From assembly GCA_044359815.1 (NCBI GenBank), contig JBIKLL010000041.1:1-22251 (forward strand): a stretch of 22,251 nucleotides of DNA, in the 5' to 3' direction. This document shows positions 15,241 through 22,251 of the stretch, one piece after another. The notes below the pieces were generated by a model. That model did no database searches. It saw only the letters and a list, made by a program, of their open reading frames with translations, and was not told the origin of the DNA. Every line of letters starts with the position of its first letter. Within the stretch, counting starts at the first letter, position 1. The translations under genes and the position numbers were made by a program. Source of the DNA: Pseudobdellovibrionaceae bacterium (GTDB taxonomy: Bacteria > Bdellovibrionota > Bdellovibrionia > Bdellovibrionales > Bdellovibrionaceae).

Positions 15241-15825
15241 ATGAGAAACCAGTCGATTGTTAAAAGCTTTGGAGAAGCCATTCTTTTAACTGATGCCATT
15301 TCGCCCGAAATCGCATCAGCTTATTTCAGCCGCTTGCGAAAAGAGATCCAATGGCATCAAGAGCCGATCAGGATTTTTGGAAAATGGATCCCTCAACCAC
15401 GACTGACTGCCTTTTACGGGGACCCCCAAAAAACCTACCGGTACTCAGGATTAACAATGAAGTCTTTACCTTGGACCGCTTGCCTTCTAGAGCTTAGAAA
15501 CCTTGTGCAAGATTTAGCAGAGGAGACTTTTACAAGTGCACTGCTCAATTTGTATCGAAATGGCGACGATAGCATGGGCTGGCACCGTGACAATGAACCC
15601 GAGCTTGGCATTAATCCTGTCATTGCCTCGTTAAGCTTTGGAGCTACCAGAAGTTTTAGGTTTAGATTAAAAGGCAAAAAATCTTCTGAAATTTCAATCG
15701 ATCTTCAGAACGGGTCATTGCTGATTATGAAAGGTGCCATTCAAACCCACTGGGAACACAGCCTTCCCAAAACCAAAAAGCCGATAGGCGAACGAATCAA
15801 CATTACCTTTCGAAAAATTATCTAA
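15241..15825 (+). CDS. AlkB-family 2OG-Fe(II) dioxygenase (ALKBH2/3-like); start uncertain (15160/15205/15241)
   Basis: Motifs QPRLTAFYG, YRYSG, LLNLYRNGDDSMGWHRDNE (HxD), ASLSFGATR, WEHSLPK, RINITFR. Confidence 0.9.
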   Translation: MRNQSIVKSFGEAILLTDAISPEIASAYFSRLRKEIQWHQEPIRIFGKWIPQPRLTAFYGDPQKTYRYSGLTMKSLPWTACLLELRNLVQDLAEETFTSALLNLYRNGDDSMGWHRDNEPELGINPVIASLSFGATRSFRFRLKGKKSSEISIDLQNGSLLIMKGAIQTHWEHSLPKTKKPIGERINITFRKII

Positions 15826-16205
15826 ATTGCAGGTGGTGATAATGACAAAGCCACTGCGATAAGGCTCAGCACCAGCATCACCGCAGCCGGCAAAGATTTT
15901 ATCAAAGGGTCTTTGACTTTTATGTGCATGACTATGGCGCCAACCATTAATAGCGTCACCAGTCCCGCAAAAGGTGTGACCAGTGGTTGAATCCAGATGC
16001 CGGCTAAAAGCATCAGTGCTGAACCAATTTTCAAAATACCCACAACATTGTAGACCCAACTCGGAAGACCGTAAACTTGGAACTCTTCTTTTAATGTGGT
16101 TGCAGTCCCACCCCTGTAAGAAGTTTTCGACTTCAACCGCAGCAGCCAAACATTTAAAAGACCCAACGCTATAATTAATTGTGTGATCGGTAAAACTAAA
16201 TTCAA
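15822..16205 (-). CDS. DoxX-like membrane protein
   Basis: Hydrophobic segments; EEFQVYGLP, LMVGAIVMHIKVKDP; GGAGG RBS before the TTG start. Confidence 0.85.
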   Translation of the reverse strand: MNLVLPITQLIIALGLLNVWLLRLKSKTSYRGGTATTLKEEFQVYGLPSWVYNVVGILKIGSALMLLAGIWIQPLVTPFAGLVTLLMVGAIVMHIKVKDPLIKSLPAAVMLVLSLIAVALSLSPPAI

Positions 16206-16258
16206 AGGACCTCCTGTATTTGATACTAATCGAGATCAAAATATGATCAAGATGATTC

Positions 16259-16597
16259 ATGAGTGATTTCGTCTTTGGCGCAAAAATTATTTCTTGTTTA
16301 AGTTTCCTCTATCACGGTGCCCGTTGCATTTTTTCTAAAAAAATTGAAATCGAATTCGATCGATACGGGTTGTCAGGCTTTAGAAAGCTAACTGGTGTTC
16401 TGCAAATCTTAGGAAGTCTTGGTATTGCGGCGGGGTTTTTCATCGGGGGATTAACAGCCCTATCATCGCTAGGCTTATCGATATTGATGATGATGGGGTT
16501 TTTTGTACGGCTTAAGATTCGTGACCCCTTCCTGTCTACTCTTCCAGCCTTATTCTTTTCAGTTTTAAATTTTTTTATATTTTTTAATTCAATTTAG
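16259..16597 (+). CDS. DoxX-like membrane protein
   Basis: Hydrophobic; EFDRYGL, TGVLQILGSLG, LMMMGFFVRLKIRDP. Confidence 0.8.
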   Translation: MSDFVFGAKIISCLSFLYHGARCIFSKKIEIEFDRYGLSGFRKLTGVLQILGSLGIAAGFFIGGLTALSSLGLSILMMMGFFVRLKIRDPFLSTLPALFFSVLNFFIFFNSI

Positions 16598-16655
16598 ATT
16601 TCACCAATGTGTTTGCAGACTGCGTTACCTACCCTGATAAGGAAAAGGGAATTTT

Positions 16656-17918
16656 TTATGAATATTTAGAAATCACATTAACTCTACTTCGCCCGTTTGG
16701 CATCATCAGATCAATACAGGGGCCAGCCATAAATGTAGTGATCAAAGCCATGATAACCATTATCGCAAAAAGTGAAGGCGAGATAATTCCAAGCTCCAGA
16801 CCTATATTCAAAACGATGAGCTCCATCAGACCTCTTGTATTCATTAACACGCCGATTACGAAAGAATCCTTCCAGCTGAAGCCGGTGACTTTTGATGCCA
16901 CAAGACCACCTCCCAACTTTCCAATGATTGCAAGGCCTGTAATCCCTAAGCAAACCTGCCAGGCTTGCCAATTATCTAACAAACCAATTTGTGTGCGCAA
17001 ACCCGTCATAGCAAAAAACACGGGCAGAAAAATCAAAGCCCCTAAGCTTTCAATCCGTAGCTTCAAGAAATCGCGAAAGCGCGGATCATTAGGCATAGAG
17101 GCTCCTGCTAAAAAGGCTCCGAATAAGGCGTGCACCCCCGACCATTCAAAATACAACGCCGAAGACAAAAGAAAAAACATTCCTAATATGAATTGATATT
17201 TTTCAGACAATTGGTTTTTCTGAATCAAGTGACTCATTAAAGGAGAGACTCCTTTGATAAAGATCAATACGCCAAAAGCCATACTTCCCAAAGTCCAAAG
17301 GAATGGCTGCCAACCTTCATTTTTGCTAAAACCAATGATTCCTGCCAAAATAGTCCAAGCAGCAACATCGTCGATTGCAGCGCAGGTTAGGGCCATCATT
17401 CCGGTTTCTGTATGGGACATATTTCTATCTTGCAAAATGCGCGCAAGAACGGGAAAGGCCGTGATACTAAGGGAAATACCCAGGAACAACGCAAAGCTCA
17501 TCTCGGTGGTATCTTGCTGAGCAAAGACTTCGTACAGTTGGGGTGCGATTAAAACTCCCAAAGAAAAGGGAAATATAATGCTAACTGATGAAATAAAAAG
17601 TGCTTTCTTTCCGCTTCCATCCCACGCCATTGGCCTGGCATGCAAGCCCACGGTGAACATAAATAAAATCAAACCCAATTGACTGATGATTTGAAGATTA
17701 CCCAGAGTGCTTTTTGCAAACACAAACTGAAATTCCGTTGGAAAGTATAAACCAAAAAAAGAAGGACCCAATAAAATGCCGGCTACCACTTCACCTATCA
17801 CTGCGGGCTGTTTGAAAAGCTGAAATATTTTTCCGCATAGCTGTGCTGTTAAAATAATCAAAATCAACTGTGCTAGGAAATGTCCTAAATTTGATAACAA
17901 CGGAATAGCTGTTTCCAT
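16656..17918 (-). CDS. Cation:proton antiporter (CPA2 family)
   Basis: Many TM segments; QPAVIGEVVAGILLGPS, SITAFPVLARIL, AAIDDVAAW, MNTRGLMELIVLNIG. Confidence 0.92.
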   Translation of the reverse strand: METAIPLLSNLGHFLAQLILIILTAQLCGKIFQLFKQPAVIGEVVAGILLGPSFFGLYFPTEFQFVFAKSTLGNLQIISQLGLILFMFTVGLHARPMAWDGSGKKALFISSVSIIFPFSLGVLIAPQLYEVFAQQDTTEMSFALFLGISLSITAFPVLARILQDRNMSHTETGMMALTCAAIDDVAAWTILAGIIGFSKNEGWQPFLWTLGSMAFGVLIFIKGVSPLMSHLIQKNQLSEKYQFILGMFFLLSSALYFEWSGVHALFGAFLAGASMPNDPRFRDFLKLRIESLGALIFLPVFFAMTGLRTQIGLLDNWQAWQVCLGITGLAIIGKLGGGLVASKVTGFSWKDSFVIGVLMNTRGLMELIVLNIGLELGIISPSLFAIMVIMALITTFMAGPCIDLMMPNGRSRVNVISKYS

Positions 17919-18356
17919 CTAAGCCTTCTCACCTGCAAGGCTTTCAAAAGATTGATCCAAAATGATTGGCCCAGAACAGTGATCGCATTTAATTGTAAAC
18001 GGAAGCCTTTCGCTGAGTTCGCGAGCGCTATTAGTGGCTTTACAGAGGGGACAAGTGAAATCTTGTAGGCGAATTTTCTGCTCCTTAAGCGCAATCAGAT
18101 GTTTCAAAAATGATCTAAAAATCAAGATGGGTATGTTCAATAAAAGTATCACAGGAAACACCAGGGAAGTTGCTGCCAGAAATATAAGGATGACTATACC
18201 AACATATTTGGCGAAACTACTTTCTACATATCGAACCGGCATCTGCGCTGGCATTGAAATCTGAGGAACTTCATTTGCCTTTAAAACGATTAGCTTTGTT
18301 TGCCACTTAATTGAACTCATGCAAAAGGATATATAAATAGTTCGTTTGGATTTCAA
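17919..18356 (-). CDS. Hypothetical membrane protein with C-terminal zinc ribbon (start may be ATG 18320)
   Basis: Hydrophobic stretch followed by CPLC...CDHC; its stop directly abuts the antiporter ATG. Confidence 0.7.
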   Translation of the reverse strand: MKSKRTIYISFCMSSIKWQTKLIVLKANEVPQISMPAQMPVRYVESSFAKYVGIVILIFLAATSLVFPVILLLNIPILIFRSFLKHLIALKEQKIRLQDFTCPLCKATNSARELSERLPFTIKCDHCSGPIILDQSFESLAGEKA

Positions 18357-18496
18357 AAGAAAAGATTTAGACTTTTCATTTGCTGAATGAAACTAAGATT
18401 TGTCTTTAAGAAATCAGATTTGACTGGCGGTTTCAAATCAAGGTATTCAAATCTAACACAGTAAGTTCAAAGAACGCAGCAATAGGACAAAGAAAA

Positions 18497-18994
18497 ATGA
18501 ACAATGTAAATCCGACCGACCAAACCAATCTCAAAACAAAAGGCCCAAAAAAAATTCTTCAATCGGAATGTCCCAAAGGATTTGTGAATTTCGAATTTGA
18601 AACTCGGGTGCCCATATCAGCCAATGAGATTGAGGAGTTTTGGCGTCGATTAAATATTCGGGAAAGTTTCACAAAGGGTCAGATCTTTCCTTATCGAGTC
18701 GAATTCGATGCCAGCGAACAAGTGGGTCCTTTTACAGATGGCGAATTGAACATTCATCATGGTCCTTTTTTGAGCGCTCACGGAGCTATTGATGGACTTA
18801 CGCCGCTGCATCGAGGACTGCAGTATTATTACGGAGCCTATGTTTTCAGCTTTCGACTGGTTCGATTAGTGAGACTGGATTTTTATCGTGAAAATGATGG
18901 AGTTCGCTTGAGGCTGAAAACCTTTGTGGCCCCTTGGTTTCGTCCTATTTGGCACTTCGGCAATCGCTTTTTCTGGAAATTTTTTAAGCTCTAG
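18497..18994 (+). CDS. Hypothetical protein (possibly SRPBCC-like fold)
   Basis: 165 aa ORF with AGGA RBS; aromatic/basic C-terminal helix. The fold assignment is only an impression. Confidence 0.7.
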   Translation: MNNVNPTDQTNLKTKGPKKILQSECPKGFVNFEFETRVPISANEIEEFWRRLNIRESFTKGQIFPYRVEFDASEQVGPFTDGELNIHHGPFLSAHGAIDGLTPLHRGLQYYYGAYVFSFRLVRLVRLDFYRENDGVRLRLKTFVAPWFRPIWHFGNRFFWKFFKL

Positions 18995-19043
18995 ATGACT
19001 TTTTATCTGAGAAATCAAAATTGACAGAATACAGTAGAAGCCA

Positions 19044-19949
19044 ATGAAGTTTTTTTACTCCGATCATTACACCCTGCCCTTGCCTGCAGACCATCGATTT
19101 CCAATGAACAAGTATCGACTCCTCAGAGATTATTTGATCGAAAATAAAATTCTCAGCTCTGAGGAACTTCTCGTCAGCCCCATAGCAAGTGAAGACTTGT
19201 TGGCTCTGGCCCACGACCCAAAATATATTACAGCGATGCGAACCGGCCAGATCGATCCCCAGATTATCAATCGCATCGGTTTTCCATGGTCCTATTCCCT
19301 TTATCAACGGAGCTGCGCCACTGTAGGAGGAGCTCTACAAGCAGCATTGACTGCCACTGAAGTCGGAGTTTCGGGAAATCTCGCCGGCGGCACTCATCAC
19401 GCGCACTATAATTTCGGCGCTGGCTACTGCGTTTTTAACGACCTAGCTGTATCAACAAGGTATCTAATGAAGCATGGAAAGGCTAAGCGAGTGGCCATTA
19501 TTGATTTGGATGTGCATCAAGGCGACGGCAATTCAAGCATATTGGGCAAAGATTCTGGAGTATTTATTTTTAGCATTCACGGTTCAAAGAACTTTCCATT
19601 TAGGAAAGTTGCCTCTCATCTTGATATTGCCTTGCCAGAAGGTGCTGGAGACGAGGTCTATCTTGAGTCGCTCGCGCAAGGCATGAACGAAATAAATAAT
19701 TTTTCGCCGGACTTTATTTTTTATCAGATGGGAGTCGATCCCCTCAAAGAAGACAAACTTGGCAAAATGAATCTCAGTTTCGAAGGCCTCATTCAACGCG
19801 ATGAAATAGTCCTGACCTATGCACGCAGCAATGGCGTGCCGATTTCCTTAGCTCTTGGCGGCGGCTACGCAGACCCCATCGAGCTGAGCGTTCAAGCTTA
19901 TGCTAATACTTATCGAGTCCTCAAAAGAGTATTTAGATATCCTCGCTAA
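19044..19949 (+). CDS. Histone deacetylase family Zn-dependent amidohydrolase
   Basis: Motifs HRFPMNKY, LAGGTHHA, GYCVFND, IDLDVHQGDG, GVDPLKEDKLG, LGGGY. Confidence 0.95.
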   Translation: MKFFYSDHYTLPLPADHRFPMNKYRLLRDYLIENKILSSEELLVSPIASEDLLALAHDPKYITAMRTGQIDPQIINRIGFPWSYSLYQRSCATVGGALQAALTATEVGVSGNLAGGTHHAHYNFGAGYCVFNDLAVSTRYLMKHGKAKRVAIIDLDVHQGDGNSSILGKDSGVFIFSIHGSKNFPFRKVASHLDIALPEGAGDEVYLESLAQGMNEINNFSPDFIFYQMGVDPLKEDKLGKMNLSFEGLIQRDEIVLTYARSNGVPISLALGGGYADPIELSVQAYANTYRVLKRVFRYPR

Positions 19950-20065
19950 ATTCAGCATTGTCTCCCGCCACTGGGCTGGATAGGCTCAAACCCAACAAAG
20001 TGGTTCTTCTTGTATTTTTATATTTATCTTTACAAAGATTCCTCTAAGCTTTAAGCCCTGACTCG

Positions 20066-21109
20066 ATGATGGGGAAATGGCTTTTAACTTTTATTTTAAC
20101 TTTTCAATGCAGCTTACAAGCTGCGGGCAACGATGACTCATTTGCTGAAGGTGTTTACCAATTTTGGTTAAAGCCACTGGGCGAAAAGCTTGCAGCCTTT
20201 CCCAACGAAGAGCACCCAGAGGTTTGCACGGAAAGTTATCAACAAATTTATCAAAAAGGATTTTTTGATATTCGCTTAGGTCTTGGATATATGGATCTTT
20301 CAACCGGAGAAAGTTTTGTGAGCTCCGAAACCGGTGAAAACTTTGGCCCCAGCGTGGCCTTTGATTACTGGGGACGCCAAGGCGTAGAAAAAGCTTTACT
20401 AAAACCTTGCACCGGCAATTTGCAAACTTGCGGATTTCAAAAAGTTTCTGAAACTTTATTTACAAAACACGTCACCGCACCCAATGGAAATTTGATTGAA
20501 GTTCGCTTGCAATTGGTGAACGGAGCTTATTCACCCCGCTATGCAGACAACCTGGGATCCTTGCATGCCGAGCAAGAGGCGCATTCGACCCTTGCCGAGT
20601 CTGTTTTTTTTAGTGGCGTTAGCCAATCCGATGCTGTGATTTATTTGGGCCACGCCCGCAATGGTGGCGGCCCCGATTTTCGCCCCCCCGTCTTGCGGAC
20701 CGATGGTCATCCAGATTATTACGGATATTATTTAAAACACAGACCGGGACTTGCGATGTTAAAATCTGCCTTTGCTCAACCAGGCTTAAAACCAATTTTA
20801 TTGGCATTGATTGGTTGTTTTACTGAGTACAAATTTGGCAAGTGGTTAAAGCTTAATAATACAACTGAATTAAAAAATAAAATGGGTTACATCCTAACAA
20901 ATTCTTCAGATAAAATGAGTTTTCAAGAACTCACCGTGTCAGGATATGCTACAGTTGATGCCCTCTTAAGATTTCAATGTGCCAGTAATTTTAAAAGCTT
21001 AGTTGATCTTTCTGTCATCCGATACCCGCAGATTTTGATTCACAATTTTTTGGGATTTCCAGACATAGAACCAAAAAATATTGTGACCCCAAATAAATCA
21101 GCTGATTAA
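20066..21109 (+). CDS. Hypothetical secreted protein, possible clan CD cysteine-peptidase fold
   Basis: Signal-like N-terminus; AVIYLGHAR (His196) and LLALIGC (Cys251). Confidence 0.75.
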   Translation: MMGKWLLTFILTFQCSLQAAGNDDSFAEGVYQFWLKPLGEKLAAFPNEEHPEVCTESYQQIYQKGFFDIRLGLGYMDLSTGESFVSSETGENFGPSVAFDYWGRQGVEKALLKPCTGNLQTCGFQKVSETLFTKHVTAPNGNLIEVRLQLVNGAYSPRYADNLGSLHAEQEAHSTLAESVFFSGVSQSDAVIYLGHARNGGGPDFRPPVLRTDGHPDYYGYYLKHRPGLAMLKSAFAQPGLKPILLALIGCFTEYKFGKWLKLNNTTELKNKMGYILTNSSDKMSFQELTVSGYATVDALLRFQCASNFKSLVDLSVIRYPQILIHNFLGFPDIEPKNIVTPNKSAD

Positions 21110-21270
21110 AAATAAATCTTTTTTTGTAAAAGCTTCTTACTCTCAATTTTGCGGCTCTGCACATTTTGACAGTGACTCAAAACTCAAGCATCAATTCCCA
21201 AATAGATTGAATAAAAACTGAGAAAATAATTTTTCGGTTTTTAAAACTAACCCTCTCAAAAGGAGAAAAC

Positions 21271-21828
21271 ATGAAATCATTATTTGCGTCACTTTTAGTG
21301 GCGGCGACTTTCGGCCTAGTTTCAAACCAAGCGAAAGCTATTGGCATTGAAACACCTTACGCTTGTGCAGCTACAGTTTCTGAACATTACCAAGGTGCAG
21401 CGTTTTTAGTTTTCAACGAATCTTCTGCTACTGGCACTTTGACTCAAGTTTGCATGGGTAACACTGATGGCTTGATTGCTACTGACACTTATGACTTAAC
21501 ATACGAAGGCGCTTTCGGCGTTGCTCTGGCGAATTTGCACCTTTACGGCATTGCGGTACAAGCTGGCCTTTCTGACGAAGACAATTTTGAAGGAACATGG
21601 ACAGTTGTACGCGCTGACGCTGGTGTGTTAGCTGCTGCTGGTGCAGTTGCTGGTGTACAACTTCGACGTGGCAACCAATCAGTTCTGTTGATGGGTAAAG
21701 TTGGTTACGGTTGGGGCGCGGCTGTTGAGCTGGGTACCTTGACGTTGACAAAACGTTCATCAACTGTGACTCCTCCTGCTCCTGAGCCAGTAACACCTGT
21801 TGCTCCTCCAGTTGGTAAAGCAGACTAA
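21271..21828 (+). CDS. Secreted Gly/Ala-rich beta-strand protein (DUF992-like impression) with Pro-rich tail
   Basis: AAAGGAG RBS; signal peptide ending AKA; biased codons (GCT/GGT/GTT/ACT); followed by a terminator. Confidence 0.8.
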   Translation: MKSLFASLLVAATFGLVSNQAKAIGIETPYACAATVSEHYQGAAFLVFNESSATGTLTQVCMGNTDGLIATDTYDLTYEGAFGVALANLHLYGIAVQAGLSDEDNFEGTWTVVRADAGVLAAAGAVAGVQLRRGNQSVLLMGKVGYGWGAAVELGTLTLTKRSSTVTPPAPEPVTPVAPPVGKAD

Positions 21829-21864
21829 TTTTTAGTTAGCGTTAACCTAATTGTACAAAAATTC

Positions 21865-21900
21865 AATACCGCCATATTTAATACATATGGCGGTATTTTT
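21865..21900 (+). terminator. Rho-independent terminator
   Basis: Perfect 13-bp stem AATACCGCCATAT/ATATGGCGGTATT followed by a T-run. Confidence 0.85.
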
Positions 21901-22030
21901 GTAATAGGTGCTAAGCATTGTTTGTGTTTTTAAAATGTTAAGCAATTTCAGTTGAAATGATTTTAGCTCAAATGGTTTCAGTAAAAATTCTTTCCACTAA
22001 AATGATTTCGGTAAAATAAAGAGAGGTTCT

Positions 22031-22251
22031 ATGAATCGAATTTTAAACTCAATTTTGTTTTGTGCTTTTTCTGTTTTCTGTTTTGCAGAAGCAGAGACTG
22101 GATATTTGCAGTCTTTTAAAAAAATCAAGGAAGTCGCTGTCAGTGATAAATATTGTGTGAATTCTAATAATGGCTGCAGTGGTTTGATTTTGTACGATGC
22201 CGTGATCAGCAGCGCACCAAAAGGTGGACAAACCAAAACTATTAAATATCT
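22031..22251 (+). CDS. Partial (runs off window end) secreted hypothetical protein
   Basis: Not in the ORF track. GAGAGG RBS, then MNRILNSILFCAFSVFCFAEAETGYLQSFKKIKEVAVSDKYCVNSNNGCSG..., open to the window end. Confidence 0.7.
   Translation, partial: MNRILNSILFCAFSVFCFAEAETGYLQSFKKIKEVAVSDKYCVNSNNGCSGLILYDAVISSAPKGGQTKTIKY

Noticed and set aside
15715..16260. 181 aa minus-strand ORF
   Set aside because: It is an alternative frame overlapping the DoxX-like and alkB-like genes, with no recognisable motifs.
16609..17520. Plus-strand 195 aa and 88 aa ORFs
   Set aside because: They are antisense to the well-supported CPA2 antiporter.
18417..18439. GATTTGA-N9-TCAAATC dyad in a divergent intergenic region
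   Set aside because: Only 7-bp AT-rich arms, compatible with chance.
21997..22236. Minus-strand 79 aa and 60 aa ORFs at the window end
   Set aside because: They are antisense shadows of the plus-strand ORF starting at 22031, which has an RBS and a signal peptide.

Overview
AT-rich bacterial chromosome segment. Gene content suggests a Bdellovibrionota/Oligoflexia-like organism (inference). The left half is housekeeping and catabolic: a partial Hpt-like ORF, a degenerate HD-GYP protein, creatininase family, hutG-ltaE-kynA, kynB, bcp, fadD, a secreted HNH/DUF1524-type nuclease, a CBS-PAS protein and Hsp20. A tRNA-Leu(TAA) sits at 13362-13453. It is followed by an accessory-looking set of genes (ABC1/UbiB kinase, AlkB, two DoxX-like proteins, CPA2 antiporter, HDAC family, secreted hypotheticals) with no integrase or transposase. 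The most unusual signal is non-coding. (i) A duplicate of the tRNA T-arm/3' end is split in the T-loop by a 75-nt multi-hairpin insert. (ii) Three long fold-back inverted repeats (28, 81 and 48 bp arms) each start at the 3' end of a gene. Their arms are unrelated to one another, and two of them enclose a GC-rich hairpin-bearing core. These may reflect a non-autonomous palindromic element, or a mechanism that copies local sequence in inverted orientation. All calls were made by eye, with no database searches.
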